Part shown: one piece after another, positions 10,045 through 20,034 of the stretch
Layout of the letters: every line of letters begins with the position of its first letter
Position numbering within the stretch: the first letter of the stretch is position 1
Assembly: GCA_038801655.1 (NCBI GenBank)
Contig: JAULTB010000003.1
Coordinates: forward strand, 1 to 42,051
Origin: Candidatus Methanosuratincola thermotaenarum
Lineage (GTDB): Archaea > Thermoproteota > Methanomethylicia > Methanomethylicales > Methanomethylicaceae
Direction of reading: 5' to 3'
DNA length: 42,051 nucleotides
Program-made: the position numbers and the translations under genes
Notes under the pieces: generated by a model
The model's database searches: none
Told to the model about the DNA's origin: nothing
Seen by the model: only the letters and a program-made list of their open reading frames with translations

Positions 10045-10947
10045 ATGAAATTTGCCACATTCGAGCAAGGCTCAAAACTCTTCCCCGGCGTTGTTGCCGG
10101 AGAATACTTGGTCCGCCTGGACTCCTTCGAGCCGATCAAGGAGATTGCCGAGGGGGCAAATCTCAGCCTCCTCTCCTTCATAGAGCTCGCAGACGGGGAT
10201 CTCCTCTCGTCTCTGAAGGAAGCGGTCGGTTCCCTTTCCGGATCCGAGCTGCCCGGGATGGAGGAAAGGCGAATGGCAGTCAGGCTTGATGAAGCGCGTC
10301 TGAGGGCACCGATCACGAGGCCCCCTGCAGTCTTCTGCCTTGGCTTCAACTTCAGGTCACATGCGCCCGAGCTGAAGAGGCCTGTCCCTGAAGTGCCGGT
10401 CGTATTCATGAAGCCTTCGAGGTCTGTTGTCGGTCCTGATGACGAGATCGTGCTGCCTAAGGCCTCAGCGAGGGTTGACTATGAGGTCGAGCTCTGCGTC
10501 GTGATTGGGAAGGGCGGGCGATATATACCAAGATCCGAGGCATATTCCAGGATCTTCGGGTATACGGTCCTCAATGATATAACAGCGAGGGACATACAGC
10601 AGAGGGACTTCTCCCTCGCCAGACCGTGGCTTAGGTCGAAAGGCTTCGACACATTCGCCCCCATCGGGCCCTTCATTGTCACCGGCGACGAGATCGGAGA
10701 CCCGATGTCGCTGCAACTCTCGCTTAGCGTGAACGGGGAGGTCAGGCAGAGCTCGAGGACAAGCGAGATGATCTTTGACGTCCCATCTGTGGTCGAGTAC
10801 ATATCCTCTTTCACGACCTTGGAGCCTGGGGCGCTCATTGCGATGGGGACGCCTGAGAAGATTGGGCAGCTCCACGACGGGGACATTGTAGAGGCAACAG
10901 TCGAGAGGATAGGGACGCTCAGGAACAGGGGGGTGCTGGAGCGATGA
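10045..10947 (+). CDS. Fumarylacetoacetate hydrolase (FAH) family protein
   Basis: C-terminal FAH domain strings: VDYEVELCVVIGK, GYTVLNDITARD, KGFDTFAPIGP, LEPGALIAMGTP. Confidence 0.85.
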   Translation: MKFATFEQGSKLFPGVVAGEYLVRLDSFEPIKEIAEGANLSLLSFIELADGDLLSSLKEAVGSLSGSELPGMEERRMAVRLDEARLRAPITRPPAVFCLGFNFRSHAPELKRPVPEVPVVFMKPSRSVVGPDDEIVLPKASARVDYEVELCVVIGKGGRYIPRSEAYSRIFGYTVLNDITARDIQQRDFSLARPWLRSKGFDTFAPIGPFIVTGDEIGDPMSLQLSLSVNGEVRQSSRTSEMIFDVPSVVEYISSFTTLEPGALIAMGTPEKIGQLHDGDIVEATVERIGTLRNRGVLER

Positions 10948-10998
10948 CCATGGATTTTTATATAGAAGCGGGATTATCGTTTAAGGGGGCTTACCGAA

Positions 10999-12162
10999 AT
11001 GGACTATGATGCCGTGGTCGTGGGCGCTGGCCCTGCAGGCTTGATGGCCGCGAGGAAGATCGCTTCAAAGGGCTTCTCGGTTTTGATCCTTGAGAAGGAG
11101 AAAGACCTCGGGACCAGGGCATGCGCCGAGGCCGTCTCGGTCTCAGCCTTCGAGACTGCTGAGATCCCTCCGTCCCCATCCCTGATTTCGAACACAATAA
11201 ACGGGGCATACGTCTTCCCTCCCGACGAGACAAAAGGCGTCAAGATCTCAGGGGGGGATTACCGCGGGTACATACTCAACAAGCAGCAGTTCCTTTACGC
11301 CTTGGCAAGCCAGGCGGTCTCGGCGGGGGCCGACCTCGAGATGAGATCCGAGGTCAAGGACGTCAAGATGGATGGCGGGGTTGCAAAGAGCCTGATCTAT
11401 TCCCACAAGGGCGAGGACAAGGAGATCACGTTCAAATACCTCGTTGGCGCGGATGGCGTCGGGTCCAGGGTTGCCAAGTCATGCGGGTTCGACCTTTCCG
11501 GATTCGAGATCATCCCGACGATACAGTACGTGATGGTGAATTGCAAGGTCCCAGAGAAAGACATCATACGCATCTACATGGGCAATGAGGTGGCCCCTCT
11601 GGGCTACGTCTGGATATTCGCAAAGAACGAGTATGTTGCCAATGTTGGGATAGGCGTCAGGGGTAAGCCAGCGAAGCCCTACTTGGACAAGTTCATCGCC
11701 TCCCACCCAGATATTTTTGAAGGCTCAAGGATTGTGAAAGAGGGGGGCGGCGGCGTGCCTGTCGGCGGCCAGATCAGGGAGATAGTGAAGGGGAATGTCC
11801 TGCTCTGCGGGGACTCCGCTGGGCAGGTGATTCCGATCACAGGCGGGGGCATCAGGACAAGCATGGGGGCGGGCAGCATAGCGGGCGCCTGCGTCGCAGA
11901 GGCGCTGGAAGCAGGGGACTCCGGAGCTCTAAGGAAATACCCCGCGTCGTACGGCGAGTACTGGGGGGCGAGGATAAGCAGGAGCCTCAAGGTGCTCAGG
12001 GCGCTCGAGGCACTCGGAGATGACGACCTGAACCTCCTCGGCTCGATGATGAGCGGCGACGATATTGTCGACCTGGCGAACGGCCTCGATGTGAAAAGGG
12101 TCGTAGCGAAGTTCTCGAGGCACCCAATCCTCGCGATGAAGATTGCCTCAAAGATACTCTAA
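10999..12162 (+). CDS. Geranylgeranyl reductase family flavoprotein (digeranylgeranylglycerophospholipid-reductase-like)
   Basis: N-terminal FAD fold is DAVVVGAGPAGLMAARKIA. GADGVGSRV and LCGDSAGQVIPITGGGI are typical of the family. Confidence 0.85.
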   Translation: MDYDAVVVGAGPAGLMAARKIASKGFSVLILEKEKDLGTRACAEAVSVSAFETAEIPPSPSLISNTINGAYVFPPDETKGVKISGGDYRGYILNKQQFLYALASQAVSAGADLEMRSEVKDVKMDGGVAKSLIYSHKGEDKEITFKYLVGADGVGSRVAKSCGFDLSGFEIIPTIQYVMVNCKVPEKDIIRIYMGNEVAPLGYVWIFAKNEYVANVGIGVRGKPAKPYLDKFIASHPDIFEGSRIVKEGGGGVPVGGQIREIVKGNVLLCGDSAGQVIPITGGGIRTSMGAGSIAGACVAEALEAGDSGALRKYPASYGEYWGARISRSLKVLRALEALGDDDLNLLGSMMSGDDIVDLANGLDVKRVVAKFSRHPILAMKIASKIL

Positions 12163-12239
12163 ATATTTTTTCTGTTTTACAGTTTTTGTACAAATATGAC
12201 AATAGAAAGTCTAATTAATGGTTTGCCTTCATAATAATT

Positions 12240-13379
12240 ATGAAGGAATGCGTTCTGATGCAAAGCGATCGCCTGATCTATCCTCTCGCAGCATCCGCTG
12301 CCTTCGCCCTTTCCGCCGCCTGGCTAGCGATCTTCCCGATTGGCGCGCAAATAAACTACAGCAACCTCCTCATGGAGGGCGTCATACTGGCGGTCTTGCT
12401 GGTGGGCAGCCTGTTCTTGCACAATATGGGCGCCTACCTGAAGTCCGGGTTGGCCGCTCTCTCAATGGGCTTCCTTGTTGGCCTGCTTGGCGAAGTCACG
12501 GCGGAGCCTGAGATCGTGGGCGCCTTCTTGGGCGGCCTGCTCAAGGCAGGGGGTTTTGTCTCAACCATCTATGGATTGGCAGCGTTGCGCGGGAAAATTA
12601 GCGAGGCGTCGCTGGAAAGAATGCCGCTGGGGTCGCCGAAATCCAGCGATTCGATCCTCGCGGAGGTGCCCGAGGCTGAAAATTCTAGCCTTGAGGAAGT
12701 CAAGCGCCTCGCGGCAATAGGCAAGGTCGCGGCAATGGTGGGTCACGACATGAGGAACCCTCTCCAGGCAATTGTCTACGCGGTTTACAACACCGAGGAG
12801 GAGATCAAGGGCCTGCCTGAGAGTGCGAAAAAAATGCTTGAGGAGCGTGGCTTCATCGATTTTCTCGAGATGCTGAAGAGACAGGTCAATTTCATGAGCA
12901 AGATGGCGGCTGATCTCCAGGATTACGCCAAGCCCACAAAGCCCGCATTCCATGCGGTAGACCTGCGCGAGATCGTCGAGGAAGCGCTGAAATCAGTGAG
13001 CAGGCCTGAGGGCATTTCCGTTGTGGTTAATTCTGACCCAGCACTGGGCATGATAAAGGGCGACCCCCAGCTCATAAGGAGGGTCTTCGCAAACATAATA
13101 TCCAATGCCTACCAGGCCATGCCAGGAGACGGATCCCTCGAGATCTCGATGGTGAGGGAAGGAAATTGCGCCAAGGTGTCCTTCAGCGACACTGGGGTGG
13201 GGATATCCCCTGAAAACCTCAAAAAACTCTTCGATCCGTTCTTCACCACAAAAGCAAAGGGGATGGGGCTCGGCTTGGCCATTTGCAAAAAGATGATAGA
13301 GGCACACCGCGGGTCAATAGAGGTGGAGAGCGAGCCGGGCAAAGGCACGCGCTTCACAATCAGGCTCCCAATAGGGTAA
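12240..13379 (+). CDS. Membrane sensor histidine kinase
   Basis: Hydrophobic N-terminal third. H-box is GHDMRNPL, N-box is NIISNAYQAM, G-boxes are DTGVGI and GMGLGLAI. No response regulator is adjacent. Confidence 0.85.
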   Translation: MKECVLMQSDRLIYPLAASAAFALSAAWLAIFPIGAQINYSNLLMEGVILAVLLVGSLFLHNMGAYLKSGLAALSMGFLVGLLGEVTAEPEIVGAFLGGLLKAGGFVSTIYGLAALRGKISEASLERMPLGSPKSSDSILAEVPEAENSSLEEVKRLAAIGKVAAMVGHDMRNPLQAIVYAVYNTEEEIKGLPESAKKMLEERGFIDFLEMLKRQVNFMSKMAADLQDYAKPTKPAFHAVDLREIVEEALKSVSRPEGISVVVNSDPALGMIKGDPQLIRRVFANIISNAYQAMPGDGSLEISMVREGNCAKVSFSDTGVGISPENLKKLFDPFFTTKAKGMGLGLAICKKMIEAHRGSIEVESEPGKGTRFTIRLPIG

Positions 13380-13455
13380 TCGGATCAACGGAATGACGGA
13401 TACAACCCTTATTAGACAAATTTGGCGATGTATATTTGCTGCATTATAGGGTGTC

Positions 13456-13881
13456 ATGATGAGCGCTTTGAACGAGATGATAACGCGGGGGAGGATCCAC
13501 CTCGAGCTCGGCAAGAACGAGGACGCGATCGTCTATTTTGATCTCGCCCTTGAGATGGATCCCGAGAACGCGGTGGCTTGGGGAGGAAAGGGAATCGCCT
13601 TCGTGAACCTCGGCATGTACGACGAGGCGCTTGAATGCTTTGACAAAGCAATCTCTTATGATGCTGAGCTCGCCTTTGCATGGGAAGGGAAGGGGATCGC
13701 CCTCATGAGGAAAGGTCAGGTCGAGGAGTCGATCCCGTTCTTCGACATGGCGCTGAAGATTGAGCCAAAGTTCGCGAGGGCCGCTCAGAACATGGCGATC
13801 GCGCTCGAGAAATTGGGCAGGAAAGAGGAAAGCGAGAGGTACCGTTCGCTAGCCGAGTCCTTGAAGTCCCGCCCGGGATGA
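13456..13881 (+). CDS. Tetratricopeptide (TPR) repeat protein
   Basis: Three to four 34-aa repeats of the form A..Y.D.AL..DP....AW..KG.AL...G...EA. Confidence 0.8.
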   Translation: MMSALNEMITRGRIHLELGKNEDAIVYFDLALEMDPENAVAWGGKGIAFVNLGMYDEALECFDKAISYDAELAFAWEGKGIALMRKGQVEESIPFFDMALKIEPKFARAAQNMAIALEKLGRKEESERYRSLAESLKSRPG

Positions 13882-13887
13882 GGCGAA

Positions 13888-14310
13888 TCACTCGCCCATC
13901 ACTTGGACAACGACCCTCCTCCCTGTCCGTGGGCCGTCCAGCTCGAGGAAGAATAGGCTCTGCCACGTGCCGAGGGCAAGCCTGCCCCCCACGACAGGGA
14001 TCGCCACCGAAGGCCCGAGATAGGTCCCGGCCAAGTGCGCATCGGCATTGTCGTCTATCCTGTTGTGCGCCCAAGCCTTGCCCTCCGGGAAGTCCTCTGC
14101 GGTCTTCCTGAGTATGTCCGATTTGAGCCCCTCCTCGTCCTCATTGACTATTATTGCGCTCGTGGAGTGGGTCGTGAATGCAAGACAAATCCCCGAGCGG
14201 ATCCCGCTCTCAGCCACTGCGCCTTGGATCTCACTGGTGATGTTGATTGTTTCCCTCCTCTTACCCGTGTCGAGGACCAATTGTTTTGTGAAAACCTTCA
14301 GATTTGACAC
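13888..14310 (-). CDS. YjbQ/UPF0047 family protein (secondary thiamine-phosphate synthase family)
   Basis: Family strings: INITSEIQ, GICLAFTTHSTSAIIVNE, DDNADAHL, LALGTWQSLFFLELDGPR. Confidence 0.8.
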   Translation of the reverse strand: MSNLKVFTKQLVLDTGKRRETINITSEIQGAVAESGIRSGICLAFTTHSTSAIIVNEDEEGLKSDILRKTAEDFPEGKAWAHNRIDDNADAHLAGTYLGPSVAIPVVGGRLALGTWQSLFFLELDGPRTGRRVVVQVMGE

Positions 14311-14355
14311 CAGAAATAACTAGGGAAAGGTGGCGTAAAAAGTTGAGGATCGCAA

Positions 14356-15066
14356 TCAGAGCTCGAGCGCCCTGCGCAAGTCCTCAATGACCTTGGCAAG
14401 GTCTTCCACCACGGCAGAGATCAGCTCTTCGCCCTTCTCCTTGGTCGCCTTCTTGGCGTCTCCGGTGAGGGCGATCTCGTAGAGCCTCTCGTCTATCTTC
14501 TTCGAGTATATTTTAAATTCAGGGTAAGTCACCTCGTGCCTGGCCGCAAGGTATATGTTGACCTTGCCCTCGTCCACAGCCAGCATTGCGCTCGTCTCAT
14601 CTTCCCCTGCGTGGCCGGGGGAAGAGAAGAGGTTCTTTTTACTTGTCCCGAGGTCCTTCCACCAATCGAGCACCACCACAGAGAGCCCTGTCCTGCTGGC
14701 CGCCTGCCTGGCTGCCATCTGAATCGGGGTTGCGTTGCCACCATGGCCATTCAGGACAACAACGAGCTTGATGCCGTTCCGCCAAGCCTCCTCAAGAATA
14801 CATTCGATGTATTTGAAGAGGGCCTCCGAGTCTATGTCGAAGGTCCCTGGGAATCCGCGCATCGCGTGGCAGGACCCGTAGAATATTGTCGGCATCACGA
14901 TGGCGCCGGTCAGATCTGCAGCCCTCCGCGCAATGTGCTCGGGGAGATCGCTGTCTGTCCCCAGTGGCAGGTGGTCGCCATGCCTCTCAATGCTGCCGAC
15001 GGGAAGTATCGCCACAGATTTGTCCATTTTTTCAAAGTCAAACCCATTCATGTCCTTAAGGATCAT
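14356..15066 (-). CDS. Creatininase-family amidohydrolase (ArfB-like)
   Basis: Metal-site motif is AILPVGSIERHGDHLPLGTD, plus VVLNGHGGN and GHAGEDETS. The start was chosen at M18 of the track ORF; the upstream extension looks non-native. Confidence 0.8.
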   Translation of the reverse strand: MILKDMNGFDFEKMDKSVAILPVGSIERHGDHLPLGTDSDLPEHIARRAADLTGAIVMPTIFYGSCHAMRGFPGTFDIDSEALFKYIECILEEAWRNGIKLVVVLNGHGGNATPIQMAARQAASRTGLSVVVLDWWKDLGTSKKNLFSSPGHAGEDETSAMLAVDEGKVNIYLAARHEVTYPEFKIYSKKIDERLYEIALTGDAKKATKEKGEELISAVVEDLAKVIEDLRRALEL

Positions 15067-15187
15067 CACGGGGCACCCTCTGCCATAGCTCTGCAGGCAG
15101 GCGTATAAAAAAGACACCGTTCGCCTTCAAATTTTGGCACGCAAGGTAATATATCGGTCGGCGCCGGTTATTAATTGAGGACTGCTT

Positions 15188-16405
15188 ATGGTAAGGATCG
15201 GCATCATAGGGAAGACAAACGCCGGCAAGACGACCCTCTTCAACGCGATCACAATGATGAACGCAGAGGTCTCAAACTATCCCTTCACCACGAAGGAGCC
15301 AAATGTAGGCATCGGGTACGTCAAGACTGCGTGCGTATGCAAGGAGCTTGGGGTGAAGGACAACCCGCAGAACTCTGTCTGCATCGATGGCTGGCGTTTC
15401 ATACCCGTCGAGGTTGTGGATCTGCCAGGGCTTATCAAAGGGGCATCTGAGGGCCTCGGGCTCGGCACCCGATTCCTCTCGGTCGCAGCCCAGGCAGACG
15501 TGATCCTGCATGTCGTTGACGCCTCGGGGAGCATAAATGCGAATGGGGAGATCTGCGAGCCGGGGATGGGGTCGCCCTTGGCTGACTACTACGACATAGA
15601 GGAGGAGCTGTTGAGATGGTACACCAAGAACCTCCTGGAGAACGCCGACAAGGTGAAGAGGGCCCTCCAGAACAAGGCCGTGACACTGGCAGCGGCGCTA
15701 TATGACATACTCTCAGGCATAAAGGTCACCTACCCCCAGATAAAGGAGGCCCTTTCCAAGAGCAGGCTCGAGGGTATGCCGTTCGAGGACTGGGAAGAGG
15801 AGGAGTTCAGGGCATTCGCGACCGAGATAAGGTATCTCTCGAAGCCGACGCTCATAGTCGCGAACAAGATGGACAGGCCTGTGGCGGAGAAGAACCTTGC
15901 TGGGCTGATTGAGACCTTCGGCAGGAGCTTTGTGATCCCTGTCTCCGCAGAGGTCGAGCTCCTTCTGAGGCGCGCCGAGAAGGCGGGGGCGATATCTTAC
16001 ACGCCGGGGGACGAGAAATTCGTCGTTAAGGACGCCGGCAAGCTTACGCCCAAGCAGAAGTGGGCCCTCGAGTATATCCAGTCAAGGGTCTTCGACAAAT
16101 GGCTACGCACCGGGGTAGACCTCGCAGTGACGACCGCTGTGCTCAAGCTGCTCAGGATAAATGTTGTTTACCCGGTAGAGGATGCGAAGAAGTACTCGGA
16201 CAAGAAGGGGAATGTGCTCCCTGACGCATACTTGATGCCGCAGGGGTCCACGCCAAAGGACCTCGCAAGGCAGATCCACTCAGAGCTCTATGACAACTTC
16301 TTGTACGCAATCGACTCTGTTAGCGGGGTCCGCCTCCCCAACGATTACGCGCTGCGTGACCGCGACGTCATCACAATAGTCACAACACGGAAGAGGAAAG
16401 CCTGA
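15188..16405 (+). CDS. OBG/YchF-DRG-type GTPase with C-terminal TGS-like domain
   Basis: G1 is GKTNAGKTTLFNAIT, G2 is NYPFTT, G3 is DLPGLI, G4-like is ANKMD. The C-terminal beta-grasp segment ends VITIV. Confidence 0.85.
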   Translation: MVRIGIIGKTNAGKTTLFNAITMMNAEVSNYPFTTKEPNVGIGYVKTACVCKELGVKDNPQNSVCIDGWRFIPVEVVDLPGLIKGASEGLGLGTRFLSVAAQADVILHVVDASGSINANGEICEPGMGSPLADYYDIEEELLRWYTKNLLENADKVKRALQNKAVTLAAALYDILSGIKVTYPQIKEALSKSRLEGMPFEDWEEEEFRAFATEIRYLSKPTLIVANKMDRPVAEKNLAGLIETFGRSFVIPVSAEVELLLRRAEKAGAISYTPGDEKFVVKDAGKLTPKQKWALEYIQSRVFDKWLRTGVDLAVTTAVLKLLRINVVYPVEDAKKYSDKKGNVLPDAYLMPQGSTPKDLARQIHSELYDNFLYAIDSVSGVRLPNDYALRDRDVITIVTTRKRKA

Positions 16406-16456
16406 AAGCCAATTTTTATTAATCCTAGCACCACTTATTCCCAAAAGGGATTGGTT

Positions 16457-17149
16457 ATGGAGTATGATATAAAGTACAAGCCTTCCTATGCGATGGCCGT
16501 CCTGAAGCTGAAGGATGGGGAGTCTGTTGTCGGGGAGTCAGGCGCAATGACGTACATGACCCCGAACATTGAAGCCCGCACGCGGACAAGGTCGGGGATA
16601 CTTGGTTCGCTTGGGCTGAAGCTGCTCGGCGGGCAATCCTTCTGGGTAACCGACTACTACGCTAAAGGCGGCCCGGGCGAGGTCGCATTCGTTTCAGCAC
16701 CGCTGGGGGACATCGAGCACCTCGCGCTCGACGGGAAGAACGGCTGGATCATACGGAAGGAGTCCTATGTCGCGTCCTCGCCTACCGTGGATTTGGACAT
16801 AAAATGGGAGGGCTTCTCGAGGGGGCTTTTTGGTCAAGGGCTATTCATGATAAAAGCCTCAGGCGCAGGCGATCTCTTCATCAACACATTCGGCGCGATT
16901 GATCGGCATACGTTGGGCCCTGGCGAGCAGCTTATAGTCGACAACTTCCACCTTGTCGCATTCAACAACACGTGCACATACAGGGTCGAACGCTTCGGGG
17001 GCATGAAGGAGACGCTGCTCAGCGGCGAGGGTCTGGTAACCAGGATAACAGGGCCCGGGGAAATACTCCTCCAGACAAAGAACCCGAGGGAATTTGCAGA
17101 CTGGATATGGACCCTGATTGAGCCGCGCGTGCAGTCCAGAGCGAGATGA
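16457..17149 (+). CDS. AIM24/TIGR00266 (DUF124) family protein
   Basis: Typical beta-rich pattern: Y.I...P.....V.L..GE.V..E.GAM..M, LFGQGLFM, LVTRITGPGEILLQT. The ATG at 16457 is preceded by AGGGA. Confidence 0.75.
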   Translation: MEYDIKYKPSYAMAVLKLKDGESVVGESGAMTYMTPNIEARTRTRSGILGSLGLKLLGGQSFWVTDYYAKGGPGEVAFVSAPLGDIEHLALDGKNGWIIRKESYVASSPTVDLDIKWEGFSRGLFGQGLFMIKASGAGDLFINTFGAIDRHTLGPGEQLIVDNFHLVAFNNTCTYRVERFGGMKETLLSGEGLVTRITGPGEILLQTKNPREFADWIWTLIEPRVQSRAR

Positions 17150-17161
17150 GGGTGCCCCTCA

Positions 17162-17695
17162 TTGGAAGAGCCCGTCTCATCCTCCCCTATTTTTTCCGGC
17201 AGGGCAATAAGCCTCAAAGTCGAGGATGTACGCTTGCCAAGCGGAAAGCTTGCCCGCAGGGAGACCGTGATCCATCCTGGGGCCGTGGCCATCGTGGCCT
17301 TGGAAGGCGGAGACGTCCTACTTGAGCGGCAGTACCGGCACACGGCGAAGAGAGTGATCTGGGAGATCCCGGCTGGGACGATCGAAAAAGGCGAGGGTCC
17401 AGAGGAGTGCGCCAGGAGGGAGCTGACCGAGGAGACGGGATACACGGCGGAAAAGATGGATCGTGTATTCAGCTTCTATGCCGCGCCTGGATACAGCACA
17501 GAAATCATACACCTCTTCCTAGCCCAGGGGCTGAAGAGGTCATCGAAGAAGCTGGATGAAGACGAGGAGATCGATGCTGTATTCGTCCCGATCTCGAAGG
17601 CTATTGAGATGGTCAGGGAAAACGAGATAGAGGACGCAAAGACTGCGATAGGGATACTCTTCTTCGAGAGGTTCTTGGGGAAGGCCATGGGGTGA
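17162..17695 (+). CDS. NUDIX hydrolase (ADP-ribose pyrophosphatase-like)
   Basis: Nudix box is GTIEKGEGPEECARRELTEETGY. TTG start. Confidence 0.8.
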   Translation: MEEPVSSSPIFSGRAISLKVEDVRLPSGKLARRETVIHPGAVAIVALEGGDVLLERQYRHTAKRVIWEIPAGTIEKGEGPEECARRELTEETGYTAEKMDRVFSFYAAPGYSTEIIHLFLAQGLKRSSKKLDEDEEIDAVFVPISKAIEMVRENEIEDAKTAIGILFFERFLGKAMG

Positions 17696-18228
17696 TGGGT
17701 TTGGGAGACGACAGCGTCCACATCTCCCGGATCAGGAAGAGCAGGGGTCAGGGATTCGAGCGCGATCTCGTTAAGAGGTACCGCGCTGCTGGGTGGTGGT
17801 CGTACAGGACCGGGGGCAACAGCGCATACCTACCGGACGTGATGGCCACAAACGACAGCACCGGCGAGCTCGACGTGGTTGAGGCAAAAGCAGGCGCAAA
17901 GGACCACCTTTATGTTGAATGGGACCAGATCGAAAGGGACATCTTCCTCATAAATGGGTTCAAGCTCTACCCGAAGCGCAGGATAGTGCTCGCCTTCAAA
18001 TTCCTCTCAAAGAAGCGTAAGGGTGACGGGTACCTCAGGAGGGAGCTCAGGGAGTTCTACAAGCTTGTGCCAGAGGAGTTGTGGGGTCCCCTCAGGGGGC
18101 AGACGATATGTTGCCACTATGAGAGGGGCAACGACCTGCCCGACTACTCGCCGCCGTTCAAGATCAAGGGCAAGAAGGTGAAGGTGCAAGAAGATCGCGG
18201 GGAAGGCGGCGAAACCAGCGGGGAATGA
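17695..18228 (+). CDS. Hjc-like PD-(D/E)xK nuclease (archaeal Holliday-junction-resolvase fold) with a Lys/Glu-rich C-terminal extension
   Basis: GQGFERDLV...R...LPDVMA...LDVVEAKA matches the Hjc pattern G..fE-(x)n-PD-(x)n-E.K. The start overlaps the Nudix stop (GTGATG). Confidence 0.5.
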   Translation: MGLGDDSVHISRIRKSRGQGFERDLVKRYRAAGWWSYRTGGNSAYLPDVMATNDSTGELDVVEAKAGAKDHLYVEWDQIERDIFLINGFKLYPKRRIVLAFKFLSKKRKGDGYLRRELREFYKLVPEELWGPLRGQTICCHYERGNDLPDYSPPFKIKGKKVKVQEDRGEGGETSGE

Positions 18229-18373
18229 TGCGCCGGATACCTTTCTTGATCCTGCCGATTGATCATCGGCGCTGCACATCCGCCTCAAATCAATGCCCCT
18301 TCCCAAAGAGGCATGGCTTGATTGGTGCGGGCATTAAAAGCTTATTTCTGACCCGCTACAATTATCTCGGAGG

Positions 18374-18778
18374 GTGTGCGAATTGCCTTCTGACTCGGAC
18401 GACGAGATCGAGATTATAAAAAAGCGCAAGCTCCTCGAGATGGAGCGCAGGCTAGCAGCAATGAAAAAGGCACAGGCCGAGGCGCCGAGGAAGGTCGATG
18501 AAGATCCGCTCTCGCTCGTGAAAAAGCGCCTGATCGGGAGGGGACCAGAGGTCTTGGAAGCAGCCCTCTCCCAGTACCCCCAGGCAACAATGGAGGTTGT
18601 GAAGTACATCGCTAACCTGTACAGGACGGGCAAGCTCAACGAGGACATCCCTGGGGAGGACCTTTACGAGCTCTTCTGCAACTTGGGGATGCCCGTGAGG
18701 CTCGAGACCTCGATAACATACATAAAAGACGGGAAACGCGTCCCGCTCAGCCAGAAGTTCAAGACCAATGATGATTGA
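18374..18778 (+). CDS. PDCD5/TFAR19-like dsDNA-binding protein
   Basis: Acidic N-terminus and IIKKRKLLEMERR, then LSLVKKRL...PEVLEAAL...VVKYIANLYRTGKL, as in archaeal PDCD5 homologues. GTG start; an alternative TTG lies 9 nt downstream. Confidence 0.6.
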   Translation: MCELPSDSDDEIEIIKKRKLLEMERRLAAMKKAQAEAPRKVDEDPLSLVKKRLIGRGPEVLEAALSQYPQATMEVVKYIANLYRTGKLNEDIPGEDLYELFCNLGMPVRLETSITYIKDGKRVPLSQKFKTNDD

Positions 18779-18816
18779 CCCGTTCGCAATAAAAAGAAAA
18801 TAAGGAAAGAAGCAGC

Positions 18817-19926
18817 CTATTTTTTGAGGCTCTCGAGCACAAGCTGCGAGAGCGTCTTTATTGGCGGGTAACCTGCCTCCTTGGGCAATCCGCCCATGTG
18901 GTACATGCAGAATGCGCATCCTACGCCGACCTCTGCGCCCTTCTCTTTCGCTTCGGACATCAGCATCTCCGCCAGCTTGTTCGCGATATCGGGGTAAAGC
19001 GGCTTCACGCCCGCGGGAGCCCCGCAGCAGACCGCCTCCTTCCCGCTCTCTTTGTATTCGACCAGATCGCCGATCCTCAGCAAGACCTCCCTCGGAGACT
19101 GAATCGTCCCGGTCCTCCTGACCAGGGGGCAGGGATCCTTGTAGATTATCCTCTTGCCTTGGGCTGCGCTGGGGCTGATCCTCCCTTCCTTGACAAGCTG
19201 ATCTAGCAGCTCAGAGATATGCAAAACCTCGTACTCCGGCTTCCTGAACAGCGCAGGGTACACGTTCTTGAAGACATCGTAGCACGAGGGGCACTCGGTG
19301 ACGACAGTCCTGGCGCCTGTGGACTCGAAGAGCGCCGTGTTCTTCTCGGCGAGCTTCTTGGCCTCCTCGAGCATTCCGGTATCAATTAGGAAGAGCCCGC
19401 AGCACCACTCCTTTTCCCCGAGGGTTGTGAAATCCACGCCGGACTTGATCAGGAGCTCCATAGTCGCCTTCGCAGTCTCTGGAAGCTTGATCCCTGACCA
19501 GCACCCCGGCACATAGAGGTACTTTGCCTTCTCAGGGGGCTTGAACCCTTCTGGCAGGCATGCGGTGCGCTTCTCGGGAGGCGCAGCCATCGGCGATCCC
19601 ATCTTGATTATGGCATCTGCTATCGTCTTGTACTTCTCAGGCACCATGTTCCTCTTCCGCAGCTCTGCTCTCGCAGCCTGGACGACGACAGAGATCGGTA
19701 TGTCCATCGGGCAGGAGCTATGGCACCCGTCGCACCTGGTGCACAGGTACAGGGTCTTCAAATCCTCCTCATTGAGATCCTTGCCCTCGAAGAGCGAGAT
19801 TGCCGCCTCGACCTTGGCCATGGCCCCGTACTTCGGGTTGTTCGTCGCTTTGAAGAAGGGGCACACCTCGACGCAGGCTCCGCAAAGGGTGCATGTCGAA
19901 GCAATTTCTGGGATATTCTCTAACAT
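18817..19926 (-). CDS. Fe-S oxidoreductase with a 2x[4Fe-4S] ferredoxin domain plus two CCG domains (HdrD/GlpC/GlcF-like)
   Basis: Cluster motifs are CTLCGACVEVCP and CTRCDGCHSSCP. CCG-type motifs are EWCCG and AVCCGAPAG, with CPSC and CAFC. The start is set at MLENIPE; the track's 59-codon extension runs into the grpE promoter. Confidence 0.8.
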   Translation of the reverse strand: MLENIPEIASTCTLCGACVEVCPFFKATNNPKYGAMAKVEAAISLFEGKDLNEEDLKTLYLCTRCDGCHSSCPMDIPISVVVQAARAELRKRNMVPEKYKTIADAIIKMGSPMAAPPEKRTACLPEGFKPPEKAKYLYVPGCWSGIKLPETAKATMELLIKSGVDFTTLGEKEWCCGLFLIDTGMLEEAKKLAEKNTALFESTGARTVVTECPSCYDVFKNVYPALFRKPEYEVLHISELLDQLVKEGRISPSAAQGKRIIYKDPCPLVRRTGTIQSPREVLLRIGDLVEYKESGKEAVCCGAPAGVKPLYPDIANKLAEMLMSEAKEKGAEVGVGCAFCMYHMGGLPKEAGYPPIKTLSQLVLESLKK

Positions 19927-20005
19927 CAGGTACACCTGTGATTTATTCCTCATGCAGACTCTTATCCTTTGGCAGGGGCGCATCTGACGGACATGCGTGA
20001 GATAT

Positions 20006-20034
20006 ATATATTTGACTGCGATATAATTGACTGC
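20006..20034. promoter_or_regulatory. Tandem direct repeat ATATA(T/A)TTGACTGC x2 in the divergent hdrD-like/grpE promoter region
   Basis: TTGACTGC occurs at 20012-20019 and 20027-20034, each preceded by a TATA-like ATATA(T/A). The repeat lies between divergent starts at 19926 and 20081. Confidence 0.3.
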
